From contig CAVXYC010000028.1 in the NCBI GenBank assembly GCA_963765765.1, positions 64,001-128,000 of the forward strand: DNA of 64,000 nucleotides, given 5' to 3'. The position numbers and the translations under genes were made by a program. This document shows, one piece after another, positions 20,481 through 31,746 of this stretch. A model generated the notes under the pieces. It was not told the origin of the DNA. It saw only the letters and a list, made by a program, of their open reading frames with translations, and ran no database searches. Each line of letters opens with the position of its first letter. The stretch's first letter is position 1. Source of the DNA: an uncultured Chloroflexia bacterium. Lineage in GTDB: Bacteria > Chloroflexota > UBA6077 > JACCZL01.

Positions 20481-20620
20481 TGCGTGGGCTACGTTCGCCT
20501 GAGCGATGAGTATTGAACGTTTCAGCACCGCTAAATCTGGTTGTCCAGTATGGTGGCGACTTCCGGAAGTGCAACGGGCCTTATGCTACAATCCAGGCAC
20601 CTAGACTCAGGGGGCGAGGC

Positions 20621-21196
20621 TTGATTGGACGCATAATCAAGCGTACGATCGTGCGATCCGCTAGTGGTATTGCACAACACTGGGGCGCTCTCCTGATGCT
20701 GTTGGTGCTCGCTTTAGGTGGTGGCACGGTAGCCTACTGGCAAGGGATGCTCCGTATGCCGGGACAAGGTCTGGGTAACACCGGGCAGAATCTCGAAATG
20801 TCAGTGGAGCGCATCGAGCAAACTCGGCAAACCGGCTCATACAACGTCGTGCTACGTGAAAAGCGTGGGACACGGCGACTGGCCGTAACCGTTGGCCCCG
20901 CTGAAGCTTTTGCCATCCAGTCGGATCTCAGCAACATGCGTTCTGAGCGCCCGATGACCTATGACCTCATGAAGAGTCTCGTGTCGGGCCTTGGCGGCGA
21001 CCTCAATCGTGTCGTCGTGAATAATGTGACTGACACAACGTTCTACGCCAAGGTAATCATGAACTCGAACGGGAAGGAGGTCGAGATCGACTCACGCCCC
21101 AGTGATGCCATTGCCCTCGCCCTCCGCGCGAAAGTACCGATCTTCGCGGATGTGGCGGTCCTCGACAAAGCAAGCACTGGCCCCGCCAACAATTAG
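20621..21196 (+). CDS. Bifunctional nuclease (DUF151) domain protein with N-terminal TM helix
   Basis: VGPAEAFAI, RPMTYDL, IDSRPSDAIALALR; TGCTACAAT at 20584-20592 and GGGGCGAGG support TTG 20621. Confidence 0.82.
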   Translation: MIGRIIKRTIVRSASGIAQHWGALLMLLVLALGGGTVAYWQGMLRMPGQGLGNTGQNLEMSVERIEQTRQTGSYNVVLREKRGTRRLAVTVGPAEAFAIQSDLSNMRSERPMTYDLMKSLVSGLGGDLNRVVVNNVTDTTFYAKVIMNSNGKEVEIDSRPSDAIALALRAKVPIFADVAVLDKASTGPANN

Positions 21197-21683
21197 CCCG
21201 CTCTCTATCCTCGCTTCGCCCGAATCCAGGCACCGCGCCCTGCTGTTGGTCTGGAAGTATTTCCCAATTCCCAGTGTCGTGCGAAGGGCGTACATAGAGC
21301 ATACGCATCCTCGGTTCCTCGTGGGCGTTGTGGCCTACATCCACAATGCGAGTGATGAGGTACTGCTTTTCCACCATACGTACAGGCGGCGGAACTCATG
21401 GAGCCTCCCTGGCGGCTATCTCGAGTCACATGAGACTCCTCAAGAAGGCATTGAACGAGAGATCCTCGAGGAGTCTGGCCTCGAGGTCACAGCCGGCCGA
21501 ACACTGGCGGCCTCATTTCACAAGGCCGAGCAGCTTGATTTACTCATCGAGTGCGCCATCGTCAACGGTACGCCTGCCCCTACACCCGAGGTGGACGGCT
21601 GGCGATATGTCCCCCGTGCGGAGCTTTCAGCAATCCTGCCAAACCACCGAACGCTTTTACGTCACGCTGGCCTGATCGAGTAG
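21102..21683 (+). CDS. NUDIX hydrolase (true start probably after 21200)
   Basis: Nudix box LPGGYLESHETPQEGIEREILEESGL. Confidence 0.85.
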   Translation: MMPLPSPSARKYRSSRMWRSSTKQALAPPTISPLSILASPESRHRALLLVWKYFPIPSVVRRAYIEHTHPRFLVGVVAYIHNASDEVLLFHHTYRRRNSWSLPGGYLESHETPQEGIEREILEESGLEVTAGRTLAASFHKAEQLDLLIECAIVNGTPAPTPEVDGWRYVPRAELSAILPNHRTLLRHAGLIE

Positions 21684-21755
21684 CCCACGCCCAGTGTAAA
21701 AGCGGCTGGGCCGGACGTCTGGACCGCGTTCGGCCGGTATCTTAGGGGGTGGATG

Positions 21756-23189
21756 TTAGGAGCTAGCCCCAGTCGCTTCCTGGTACAGATCCCGATCGTC
21801 GATCACGCGTCGGGCCTTGAATTCCGTCCTGGGGAGAGTGCCTGGCTGCTCTATTCGAATCGTTGTTCGAAGTCCAAGCGTCGCGCGCAGCTCTCTAACG
21901 AGGTGCGACTCGAACGCCTCTCGTCGCACATCATCGGCATACGTCTCAGCATCGACTTCGGTTTGAACCACCAGCTCATCCATCGACTGCTGGCGGCTCA
22001 CGATGATGCGATACTCGCCGCCATATCCCGGCGTCGCCAGCAGCACCGCCTCGATCGCGCTCGGGAGCACATTCTCACCGCGAACGGTGAACTGGTCGTC
22101 GATTCGACCGTAAATGCCCCGGGGTAATCGTGGGTATGTACGGCCACACGGACACGCATCGTCTGTCCAGGTTGTGAGATCGCCGCTTACCAGACGGATC
22201 ATCGGCTGCGACGTTCGCTCGAGATGGGTGTAGATTGGCGTCCCTTCTTGTCCGAATGGAACGGGCTGATACGTCTCCGGGTCGCAAACCTGTCCGTAGA
22301 CCATGTCCTGCCAGAGATGCATGCCGGTGCGCTCACTACACTCACCGAGATGTGCCCACGGCGTCATCTCGGCCATACTGCCCGAATCATGGCAAGTAGC
22401 GCCGAATGTCTTCTCGATGCGAGTGCGAGTCGCAGGGATGCCAGCACCTGGCTCACCTGAGAAGAAGAGAATGCGCAGGCCGAATTCGCGCGGATCAACT
22501 CCTTCACTCCGAGCAACCTCAGCGAGGTACAGGGCATACGAAGGCGTACCGTAAAACGCAGTCGGCCGAACTTCTCGCATCCAGCGAACCGCCAGCAACG
22601 TCTGGCCGGGAGCACCGGCCCCGAATGGAAACGCGGTGGCGCCCAGGCGTTCACAGCCGACCAACGTTGCCCAGCTCCCCATGTAGAGCGAGAAGAACGA
22701 CCCGATAAATACCGTGTCCTCAGGACGAATTCCCATCGCCCACAGGACCCGAGCGTGGGAGTTTGCGATTCGTCGCCAGTCATCCTTACCGACGCAAAAC
22801 GCAGTCGGTTTACCGGTCGTTCCACTCGTTCCGTGAATTCGCGCGACGTCGTTTCGATCGATGCAGAGATAAGATCCAAACGGTGGGTGCTGCTCCTGGT
22901 CGAACCGAAGCTCAGCCTTCAAGACGACTGGAAATTTGTTCAGATCGTCAAGCGACCGTAGTGAGCCTGGGATAACTCCCGCCGCATCCCACTTACGTCG
23001 GTAAAACGGCGAATGATCGTAAGCCCAGGCGACCTGTCCTTGCAGCTTTTGCAGGATCCGCTCCTCGCGCTGTGCCGGCGATTCAGTTTCTAGCTCCCGA
23101 TTCCAGTAAGGATCGTCGCTTGATGGCCGGAATTCTGGAGAATACTCGGGAGGCCATGCACCTTCGGCGCTGGTGAGAAATTGACTCAC
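21756..23189 (-). CDS. hcl: Phenylacetate-CoA-ligase-family enzyme, probably 2-hydroxyisobutyrate-CoA ligase
   Basis: [22 protein letters not shown]; WPPEY...PYW..ELET N-terminus as recalled for Hcl; coupled to hcmB. Confidence 0.75.
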   Translation of the reverse strand: MSQFLTSAEGAWPPEYSPEFRPSSDDPYWNRELETESPAQREERILQKLQGQVAWAYDHSPFYRRKWDAAGVIPGSLRSLDDLNKFPVVLKAELRFDQEQHPPFGSYLCIDRNDVARIHGTSGTTGKPTAFCVGKDDWRRIANSHARVLWAMGIRPEDTVFIGSFFSLYMGSWATLVGCERLGATAFPFGAGAPGQTLLAVRWMREVRPTAFYGTPSYALYLAEVARSEGVDPREFGLRILFFSGEPGAGIPATRTRIEKTFGATCHDSGSMAEMTPWAHLGECSERTGMHLWQDMVYGQVCDPETYQPVPFGQEGTPIYTHLERTSQPMIRLVSGDLTTWTDDACPCGRTYPRLPRGIYGRIDDQFTVRGENVLPSAIEAVLLATPGYGGEYRIIVSRQQSMDELVVQTEVDAETYADDVRREAFESHLVRELRATLGLRTTIRIEQPGTLPRTEFKARRVIDDRDLYQEATGASS

Positions 23190-23614
23190 GGAAGAGCACC
23201 AGCGCTTTGACGCTCGGCATGCTTATCGACAATCCACCGGACGGTCGTCTCAGTCGGAGTGTCCTGTAAGAAGATCTCGTCCACGCCTTGGGCTCGAAGC
23301 GAAGCAGCATCCTCATCAGGCATCACGCCGCCACCGAAGAGCACGATATCTTCAGCCTGCTGCTCACGCATGAGCTCGAGAATGCGCGGAAAGATGGTCA
23401 TGTGAGCGCCCGAGAGAATGCTGATCCCGAGAAAATCGGCGTCTTCCTGGACGGCCGCAGACACCACCTCTTCGGGCGTACGATGCAGACCCGTGTAGAT
23501 CACTTCCATGCCAGCATCTCTCAGCGCCCGTGCCACAACCTTGACGCCGCGGTCATGACCGTCGAGACCCACCTTGGCAAGCACTACGCGGATGGGTCTC
23601 CCGAAAACCGTCAT
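23186..23614 (-). CDS. hcmB: Cobalamin-binding small subunit of acyl-CoA mutase
   Basis: [10 protein letters not shown] (DxHxxG), SILSGAH. Confidence 0.85.
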   Translation of the reverse strand: MTVFGRPIRVVLAKVGLDGHDRGVKVVARALRDAGMEVIYTGLHRTPEEVVSAAVQEDADFLGISILSGAHMTIFPRILELMREQQAEDIVLFGGGVMPDEDAASLRAQGVDEIFLQDTPTETTVRWIVDKHAERQSAGALP

Positions 23615-23630
23615 GGCTGGATCCTTTGCC

Positions 23631-25380
23631 TCACTCGACTAAGAACACCGGCGCTTCGACGTGAGTACCGTACACCACCTTGAGGGCATTGATGATCTCA
23701 CCTGCCGTTGCCAGTGAACGAACTGCCTCAATAGTCGGAGGCATCAGATTGTGGTCATCCGCGTCGTCGTGTCTGGCCGCGTCCTGCAATGCCGCAAGTG
23801 CTCGATCTACGCGCCCATTGTCGCGCCGAGCTTTCAGCGCCCGTACGCGTTTGATCTGACGCGACTCAACGTCCGCGTCGACTTTGTGCAGCTCAGATGG
23901 CGCGGCCTTTCCTTCGCCACCTTCGGATTGATAGCGATTCACACTCACCAGGACGATCTCATTGCGATCCTTCTGGCGCTGATATTGGTACGCGGCGTCG
24001 GCAATCTCCCGCTGCGGGAAGTTCTGCTCCACCGCCGCGACCGTGCCTCCCAGTGCGTCGATCTGATCGATGTAATCACGCGCACCTTGCTCGATCCTAT
24101 CGGTGAGAGTCTCGACGAAATACGAACCGGCCAATGGGTCAATGGTATTGGCGGCGCCCGTTTCCTCGAGAATGATCTGCTGCGTCCGCAGCGCGATTCG
24201 CATAGCGTGCTCAGACGGTATTGCTAACGCCTCATCCCAGCCGTTTGTGTGCAGCGACTGAGCTCCACCGAGTACCGCCGCCAGAGCCTGGACCGAGGTA
24301 CGCGCGACGTTGTTGAGCGGTTCTTTGGCCGTCAGCGAAGATCCCGCGGTCTGGCAATGAAAGCGCAACCGCATGCTCTCCGGCTTCTCTGGCTCGAAAC
24401 CGCTCCTTCATGATTCTGGCCCAGAGACGGCGTGCCGCGCGGAACTTTGCGATCTCTTCGAAAAAGTCTCGTTCAGCGATGAAGAAGAACGCCAGTCGCG
24501 GCGCAAAATCGTCAACGTCCAGGCCGGCTGCCACGACATCCTCAACATAGGCAATGCCATCGGCGAGCGTGAACGCCACTTCCTGGATGGCCGTGGAACC
24601 GGCCTCGCGGATGTGATAGCCGGACACGTTGATCGGGTTGTAGCGCGGAAGGTTCTGAACCGAATAGACGATCAGATCTCGCACGATGCGCATACTTGCC
24701 CGCACCGGAAAGACCCACTCTTTTTGAGCAATGAACTCCTTGAGTATGTCCGCCTGGACGGTGCCGGAAAGCGATTCACGCGAAATGCCGCGTTCTTCGG
24801 CCACTACTAAGTACATGCTCAAAAGAATCCACGCACTCGGGTTGATCGTCATCGAAACCGAGATTTTTCCGAGATCGATTCCGTCGAATAGCTCGTGCAT
24901 GTCCTCGACCGAATCGATCGCTACACCCTCGCGACCTACCTCGCCAAGCGAGCGCGGGTCATCCGAGTCAATGCCCATGAGCGTGGGCATATCGAAATCG
25001 GTGCTGATCCCCGTCTGCCCCTGAGCGATGAGGAACTTGAAGCGACTATTCGTGTCACTGGCCGTTCCGAACCCGGCAATCTGACGCATGGTCCAGGGAC
25101 GAGCCCGGTACATTGTGGGGTAGGGACCGCGCGTGTAGGGGAAGTCCCCTGGAAATCCGACGTCTCGCAAGAAATCGTGCTCCGAGACGTCGTTGGGCGT
25201 GTAGACCGGTGCGACAGGCTCGCCGGACAACGTGGTGAACTCTTCTTTTCGCTGCGGGACCGCTCGAAGCGAAGCGGCATACGCTCCGTTCTCCCACTCC
25301 ACCTGTCGTTCTCTGACAGGATCGGAGCTTGAGGTGGAGTCTGCGCCCGTAGGGTCCTTTCCTCGATCGGTCTGAGACAC
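23631..25380 (-). CDS. hcmA: Acyl-CoA mutase large subunit of 2-hydroxyisobutyryl-CoA mutase type, one indel near 24390
   Basis: [47 protein letters not shown]; GTG 25380 with GAGG RBS. Confidence 0.8.
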
Positions 25381-25384
25381 GATG

Positions 25385-26455
25385 CTACCTCGTAGGAGTC
25401 TGCTCCCCGAACCATCGATCCACGATGATTCGGGCGGCACGATGGGCGTCCGACTGTCCTGAGCGGACAGTGGCAATCGTATCGCGAAGCGCGGCCTGTT
25501 CACGAACCGCCTGATCGAATCTTTGACGCATCTGCGTCAGCACGAGGTCGAGGACATGTGCTTCCGCATGCATTGCACGCCGCTCGAGCAGTGCTCCGGA
25601 ATCCTCCGACACATGATGATGCCGAACGATGGTCTGCCAGAGCGTCTCTAGCCCCGTCCCATCGGTCGCGATGGTCTCAATGATTGGAACGCCCCAGCTC
25701 TTATCGGCGCGCTCACCAAGTGTCAGCATCGCCCGAAGCTCGGCCATCGTCTGGCTTGCACCGGGCCGATCGGCCATATTGACAACCAGCACATCCGCGA
25801 TCTCCAGAACGCCCGCCTTGAGGGTCTGCACCGAATCACCTAACCCCGGCGCAACGAGAACAACGACCGTGTCAGCGGTTCGAACGATGTCTATCTCACT
25901 CTGCCCAACGCCCACGGTCTCGACGAGTATCAGGTCGTATTCACAGGCATCCAAGATGTTGATGGCATCGCGCGTCGCGGCAGCGAGACCACCCATGGCA
26001 TGTCTTGCCGCCATGCTGCGAATGAACACGCCGGAATCTCCGGCGTGCCGGTTCATCCGAACCCTGTCGCCCAGGATCGCTCCGCCGCTATATGGACTGG
26101 ACGGGTCTACGGCAATAACCGCGACCCGTAGCGAATCGGCACGTGCCTGGTCGATGAGCTTATCAACGAGTGTGCTTTTGCCAGCGCCAGCGGGGCCGGT
26201 GATGCCCACCACATGCGCATGGCCTGATGGAGGAACAACGAGGCTATTCAAGGCTGTGTCGGCGTTCTCCGCAGCCGAGAGTCCACGACCGATCTCACGC
26301 GGTGTAGAGCGACGGCTCCAGACGCCGGAATGACCACGGGGTTGGGCTTCGGGCGGATGCGAAATCTGACCGGTCACGAGAGGCAAGTATACTCTCCCGC
26401 ACCAGTCGCCCCTGATCACCGACTCAATTTCTACGTTCGGAGAAGCAATGACCAA
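25385..26455 (-). CDS. meaB: MeaB/MeaH mutase-associated GTPase (start uncertain, probably near 26340)
   Basis: [46 protein letters not shown]. Confidence 0.9.
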   Translation of the reverse strand: MVIASPNVEIESVIRGDWCGRVYLPLVTGQISHPPEAQPRGHSGVWSRRSTPREIGRGLSAAENADTALNSLVVPPSGHAHVVGITGPAGAGKSTLVDKLIDQARADSLRVAVIAVDPSSPYSGGAILGDRVRMNRHAGDSGVFIRSMAARHAMGGLAAATRDAINILDACEYDLILVETVGVGQSEIDIVRTADTVVVLVAPGLGDSVQTLKAGVLEIADVLVVNMADRPGASQTMAELRAMLTLGERADKSWGVPIIETIATDGTGLETLWQTIVRHHHVSEDSGALLERRAMHAEAHVLDLVLTQMRQRFDQAVREQAALRDTIATVRSGQSDAHRAARIIVDRWFGEQTPTR

Positions 26456-26993
26456 GCTACCGTATCTCGATCATTGGCCCAATTTGCCTGATACCGTGTT
26501 CGTCGCTCCTGGTGCCATGATCATCGGTCGCGTCACTATGGGCGATCACTGTAGCGTGTGGTTCGGGTCCATCGTTCGAGCCGACAGTAACGACATCGTT
26601 TTTGGCGTGGGCGTCAACATTCAGGACAATTCGACACTTCATACGGATGCGGACGCGCCAACGATTCTCGGCAACGATGTCACTGTGGCTCATCGGGCAG
26701 TAGTGCACGGCTCAAAGGTCGGCGATCATTCGATGATCGCCATCGGCGCGGTGGTACTGAGTCGTTCCACGATCGGTGAAGGCTCGATCATCGGCGCTGG
26801 CGCGCTGGTCCCCGAGGGCTCAACCATACCGCCACGATCGCTTGTTCTTGGCGTGCCAGGCAAAGTGGTCCGAGAGGTTAAAGATTCGGAATACGAGCGT
26901 ATTTTGCGCACGGCGAATAACTATCGTCGCTATTGCGCCGAGTATCTCAAGCGTCTCGGCAGCTCCATCGAATCGCTTCCTCACCTGGGTTAG
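26448..26993 (+). CDS. Gamma carbonic anhydrase family protein
   Basis: Hexapeptide repeats, NIQDNSTLH, VAHRAVVHG. Confidence 0.92.
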   Translation: MTKLPYLDHWPNLPDTVFVAPGAMIIGRVTMGDHCSVWFGSIVRADSNDIVFGVGVNIQDNSTLHTDADAPTILGNDVTVAHRAVVHGSKVGDHSMIAIGAVVLSRSTIGEGSIIGAGALVPEGSTIPPRSLVLGVPGKVVREVKDSEYERILRTANNYRRYCAEYLKRLGSSIESLPHLG

Positions 26994-27067
26994 AGAGCTT
27001 CCACGCGCGTCTAACTGTCCTTAGCGGTTCGGTTGAAAGCGCTACGGCACCTTGTGCGCGACTCGAC

Positions 27068-27787
27068 TCAACTGGCGGCGTCGGTCTCCGCGCCGGCCTC
27101 CGACGACGTCGTTACAACCGTCGAGTAGGGCTCCAGCGCCGCAACAAGCCGACGGACCAGGTCTCGGTGGCGCGCCGATTCTTCAGCCGTCATCTCAGGT
27201 AGATCCACGGCGAGCAAAAGGTGTGGGAATTGTCGACGTACGGCGAGTCGCCAAAGTCGGCCGCGCTGTTCTCCCAGCGTGTTGAGCAGCACTTCACACA
27301 GCGCCTCGGCCTTGCCGCCTCCGTGAGCCACGCGGTGATCGCTACTGGATAGCTCATTGACGCCCCATTGCTCAGTCTGAATCTCTTTCTGTGCCAGTCC
27401 CGAGAGCAGCGTTCGCGGACGATACACTTCCAAACCCCAGATAGGCTGGTGTCGTAGCTCAAAGCGCAGCAAGAGCAGGTCGTTTCGCCGAAGAAGCCGA
27501 TTGACGATCAGCAAGGCAATCAAATCCCGTGGTTTGAGCAGCACAGTCACCACCATGCGCTGAAAAGGCGCGTCCTGGTCTGAAGCGGTGATGTGAAACG
27601 CCGAGCTCGCCGTCCATCGTACCTGCGACGTACCACCTAGCGGCTGAATCAGCTCAGTCACCCAGGCGGCGGCCGCCCGGAGTCGGCGCCGGCCGCCGAA
27701 GAGCGCAACCGCATACGAGCCGAAAAAGGCAATGCAGAACGCCGTGGCGAGAATGCCACCGATGTCTTCAAAGATTGTTGGATCCAC
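27068..27787 (-). CDS. Hypothetical membrane-anchored protein
   Basis: N-terminal TM helix; starts immediately after the mpg stop. Confidence 0.65.
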   Translation of the reverse strand: MDPTIFEDIGGILATAFCIAFFGSYAVALFGGRRRLRAAAAWVTELIQPLGGTSQVRWTASSAFHITASDQDAPFQRMVVTVLLKPRDLIALLIVNRLLRRNDLLLLRFELRHQPIWGLEVYRPRTLLSGLAQKEIQTEQWGVNELSSSDHRVAHGGGKAEALCEVLLNTLGEQRGRLWRLAVRRQFPHLLLAVDLPEMTAEESARHRDLVRRLVAALEPYSTVVTTSSEAGAETDAAS

Positions 27788-28396
27788 TTACACCGCTCCG
27801 GGGCTTGCATCACCTAGACCAATGCTTCGTCTGGGTGGCCGAGACACCCAGGGATTGTCGCGTATCCAGAAGCGCCAGGGCCGCGTGGCCCATTCGCCCG
27901 CGTAAGCCACACCCACACGAGGTCCGGACTCGACGTCTAGCGGATCAAGATTGCGCTCAGCCTGGAGGTACAACGGAGGCATAGTGATATCGTGGCCGGT
28001 AAACTGACGGTCAATTCCTAGCGCCTGACATCAGCCGGCCCGGGCCGTCTGTGCGTTTTTCGACGTTCTGCAGAGGCTCTCCGCCACGAATCAATACGGC
28101 AGCCGGTATATTGATTTCCTCCGTGACGATGTTGAGGCAATTATGGAATCCATAGATCAGGAAAACGTAGGCGTGTCCCGCTGGGCCGAACATCACCTCC
28201 GTCCGACGAGTGCGGCCCCGCGATGCGTGACTCGCGCGATCCTCGGCCCCACGTACGCCTCCGTTTCCACGATTCGCACGCGTGAAATGACACCTGTGGG
28301 ACGTTCGAAAACAAGCACAGTCCCCAGAAGCTCTCGCGCCACGGTCACGGTGTCTCGTTCGAAGTAGGCCCGATCGAGGACCGTTCCGCTCTCCAT
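27788..28396 (-). CDS. mpg: DNA-3-methyladenine glycosylase, split by two indels
   Basis: [48 protein letters not shown] across three frames. Confidence 0.88.
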
Positions 28397-28474
28397 GCGC
28401 TCATTCTAATCGCCGAGCGTTTGTTCTGTGGGGCGGCTTGCTATGATGGGTTCAGCCTGGGCGAAGGAGTTGCG

Positions 28475-29455
28475 GTGGCGGAGCGCACGCTGGTTGAGGC
28501 CATTCGAGACGGGCTGCGAGAAGAGATGAAGCGCGACTCCAGCGTCATTGTGTTGGGCGAGGACGTTGGTAAGCACGGGGGCGTCTTTGGCGTGACCGAG
28601 GGTCTTCAGTCGACGTTTGGCGCCGATCGCGCGATCGACACTCCGCTTGCCGAGCTAGGGATCGTTGGCATCGCCATTGGAGCGGCACTCAATGGACTAC
28701 GGCCGGTCGCCGAGATCCAGTTCGCGGATTATATTCATCCCGCATTCGACCAGATCGTAAACGAGGCCGCGAAGATCCGATATCGCTCGAACGGACAGAA
28801 CATCTGCCCACTGGTAGTCCGGGCCCCATTCGGCGCAGGCGTCGGCGGCGGTCTCTATCATTCGCAGAGCGTTGAGGCGCTGTTCTATCACGTTCCGGGG
28901 CTGAAGGTAGTCATTCCTTCGGATCCCTATGACGCCAAAGGACTTCTGAAGGCCGCAATCCGTGATGACGATCCCGTCCTGTTCTTTGAGCACAAGCATT
29001 CATACCGACGGTCGAAATTGGATGTCCCCGACGCCGAGTACGTCATACCGCTCGGCACTTCGGCCGTGAAGAGATCGGGAACGGACATCTCCGTCATCAC
29101 CTACGGCGTTGGTGTGCATCACGCTCTCGAGGCTGCCGACCAAGCGGAGCGGGAGGGCATTTCGGTGGAAGTGCTTGACCTTCGCTGTCTGGCGCCGCTT
29201 GATCGCGACGGGATTGCTGCCACAGTTACGAAGACGAACAAAGTGCTCATCTTGCATGAGGACGGCAAAACTGGCGGGGTGGGCGCTGAAGTATCGGCCT
29301 ACATCGGCGAAGCACTCTTCGAGGAGCTGGATGGACCGTTAATGCGCATCGCCGGCGCGGATTCTCATATTCCGTATGCACCGTCGCTGGAATCCGCGGT
29401 CATTCCCAATGTAGCTGACGTTGTCAACGGAATTCGTAAACTCGCGGCCTATTAG
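28475..29455 (+). CDS. 2-oxoacid dehydrogenase E1 beta subunit (branched-chain/pyruvate)
   Basis: LGEDVG..GGVF, DTPLAE, EIQFADY, YHSQS; AAGGAG RBS before GTG 28475. Confidence 0.93.
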   Translation: MAERTLVEAIRDGLREEMKRDSSVIVLGEDVGKHGGVFGVTEGLQSTFGADRAIDTPLAELGIVGIAIGAALNGLRPVAEIQFADYIHPAFDQIVNEAAKIRYRSNGQNICPLVVRAPFGAGVGGGLYHSQSVEALFYHVPGLKVVIPSDPYDAKGLLKAAIRDDDPVLFFEHKHSYRRSKLDVPDAEYVIPLGTSAVKRSGTDISVITYGVGVHHALEAADQAEREGISVEVLDLRCLAPLDRDGIAATVTKTNKVLILHEDGKTGGVGAEVSAYIGEALFEELDGPLMRIAGADSHIPYAPSLESAVIPNVADVVNGIRKLAAY

Positions 29456-29474
29456 CCCTCAGGTGGAGACGTAG

Positions 29475-30755
29475 ATGCCGGTCAATATCACCATGCCGCA
29501 GCTCGGCGAGTCCGTTGCGGAAGGAACGATTGGGAAGTGGCTCAAGCAGGCCGGCGAGTCTATAGGCAGAGACGAGCCGTTGGTCGAAATCATCACTGAT
29601 AAGGTAACTGCCGAGATGCCCTCGCCAGTGGCCGGAATCGTTGAATCCATCGCGGTCAACGACGGCGAGACCGTTCCCGTAGGCACCACGATAGCGGTAA
29701 TCGGAGACAAACCCGGCGCATCTGCTGAGGGCTCACCCGCGCCGGAACAGGTCGCCGAGCCCGTTCACGAGACGGGGAGCACGGCCCCTACGTCCCCGTC
29801 TCGGCTCCAGGACTCTGGAGGTGAGCACCGTGCTTCGCCGCTGGTTCGCAGATTGGCTCAAGAGCACTCCGTGAACATTTCCGTAATTGAAGGCACTGGT
29901 TCTGGGGGCCGCGTCACAAAGCAGGACATTCTCGCCTACATCGAGAATCGCCCGTCCGCCGATAAGCCTGCAGCCGTTGTAGCGACTACAGCCTCTCCTG
30001 ATGCGCAGCCCGCGATTGAGCACAAGCCAACGACAGCGCCCCAGCCCATTCTGGGAGAGCACGATGAGCTGGTGCCGCTCAGCACGATTCGTCGCGCGAT
30101 CGCCGAGCATATGGTTCGAAGCGTTACCACAGCTCCACACGCCTGGTGCCTGGTAGAAGTCGACGTCAGTGAGCTCGTACGCACCCGCGAGCGGCTACTG
30201 AAAGACTGGCAGGATCGAGAAGGATTCGAGCTTACTTTTGTGCCGTTCTTTATCAAGGCAGTGACCGAGTCGCTTCGGGATCATCCAATCATAAATTCCA
30301 GCTGGTCAGATGCCGGAATCATCATGAAGGGACATATCAACATCGGCCTCGCTGTTGCGGTCGAAGATGGTCTCATCGTCCCCGTAATCCATCATGCAGA
30401 CCGCCAGAGCATCGCGGGGCTTGCCCACGGAGCACGAGAGCTTGTGGTTCGAGCCCGTCAACACCAGCTTCAGCCTGCCGACGTCCAGGGTGGAACGTTC
30501 ACGGTGAATAACACGGGCGCCCTGGGCTCCATCATGTCCGCACCGATCATCCCGCAGCCCCAGGCAGGCATCGTCACGATGGAAGCAATCGTCAAACGCC
30601 CCGTGGTAAGGGATGATGCTATTGCCATCCGATCGATGATGAATGTCTGCCTGTCCTTTGACCATCGGGTCACCGATGGTGCGCAAGGGTTGCGATTCTT
30701 GCAGAGTGTGCGTCGGCGACTGGAGTCATTCGATCGCGGAACATCACTCTACTGA
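29475..30755 (+). CDS. Dihydrolipoamide acyltransferase E2
   Basis: Lipoyl domain TDKV, E3-binding GTGSGGRVTKQD, catalytic DHRVTDG. Confidence 0.95.
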   Translation: MPVNITMPQLGESVAEGTIGKWLKQAGESIGRDEPLVEIITDKVTAEMPSPVAGIVESIAVNDGETVPVGTTIAVIGDKPGASAEGSPAPEQVAEPVHETGSTAPTSPSRLQDSGGEHRASPLVRRLAQEHSVNISVIEGTGSGGRVTKQDILAYIENRPSADKPAAVVATTASPDAQPAIEHKPTTAPQPILGEHDELVPLSTIRRAIAEHMVRSVTTAPHAWCLVEVDVSELVRTRERLLKDWQDREGFELTFVPFFIKAVTESLRDHPIINSSWSDAGIIMKGHINIGLAVAVEDGLIVPVIHHADRQSIAGLAHGARELVVRARQHQLQPADVQGGTFTVNNTGALGSIMSAPIIPQPQAGIVTMEAIVKRPVVRDDAIAIRSMMNVCLSFDHRVTDGAQGLRFLQSVRRRLESFDRGTSLY

Positions 30756-30795
30756 TCGCGCGCCCCTGGAAGCATCTGGTATCCTGAGCCCCGCA

Positions 30796-31746
30796 ATGCT
30801 CGAATTGCCCGTGTTTGACCACGTCCCGCGCACGCAACCGATAAGCCCGGACGCCCCGTCGGTGCGCGGCTCCCGGCCTGACTGGCTTCGCGTTCGACTG
30901 CGCATGGGCGATCACTACCGTGAGCTCAAGTCGCTGATGCGAGAGCGAGGCTTGCACACGATTTGTGAAGAAGCGATGTGCCCGAACATTGGTGAGTGCT
31001 GGGAAAATCGTACTGCGACGTTTCTGATTCTCGGAGATGTGTGTACTCGAAACTGCGGATTCTGTTCCGTCACTACGGGCCGGCCACCTGCCCTAGATGA
31101 GAACGAGCCTGAGAGACTTGCGGAAGCTGTTTCGAGCCTCGGGCTGCGCCACGTTGTGATCACTTCTGTCACCCGAGATGACCTTCCTGATGGCGGCGCC
31201 CAGATATTTGCCCGAACGATCAAGCGACTTCGCGAACAGGACCCTGAGATAGGGATCGAGGTGCTGATCCCTGATTTTCAAGGCAATTGGTCAGCTCTTG
31301 AGACGGTCATGGATGCGCGGCCAGATATTCTCAATCACAATCTGGAATCGGTGCCGCGGCTCTACCAACGAGTGCGACCGAAAGCCATCTACCACCAATC
31401 GCTGGAGCTACTTCAACGGGCGAAGACCCGCGTACCATCGGCCGTGACGAAGTCCGGTCTCATGGTGGGTCTCGGAGAATCGCGCGATGAGCTGATCTCG
31501 ACATTTCACGATCTCCGGAGGCACAACGTGAATGTACTGACCGTTGGTCAATATCTCCGACCCACCCCCAGGCATTTACCAATCGAGCGTTACTACACCC
31601 CTGACGAGTTCGCTGAGCTTAAGCAGGTCGCCGTCGAGCTGGGTTTTGAGCACGTCGAGTCCGGACCGTTAGTTCGTTCGTCATACCACGCACATGAGCA
31701 GGTGCCATCGAGCGCCCAGCGATCCTCCAGCGGAAGGTCTTCTTGA
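30796..31746 (+). CDS. lipA: Lipoyl synthase
   Basis: CEEAMCPNIGEC, CTRNCGFC, RSSYHA. Confidence 0.96.
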   Translation: MLELPVFDHVPRTQPISPDAPSVRGSRPDWLRVRLRMGDHYRELKSLMRERGLHTICEEAMCPNIGECWENRTATFLILGDVCTRNCGFCSVTTGRPPALDENEPERLAEAVSSLGLRHVVITSVTRDDLPDGGAQIFARTIKRLREQDPEIGIEVLIPDFQGNWSALETVMDARPDILNHNLESVPRLYQRVRPKAIYHQSLELLQRAKTRVPSAVTKSGLMVGLGESRDELISTFHDLRRHNVNVLTVGQYLRPTPRHLPIERYYTPDEFAELKQVAVELGFEHVESGPLVRSSYHAHEQVPSSAQRSSSGRSS

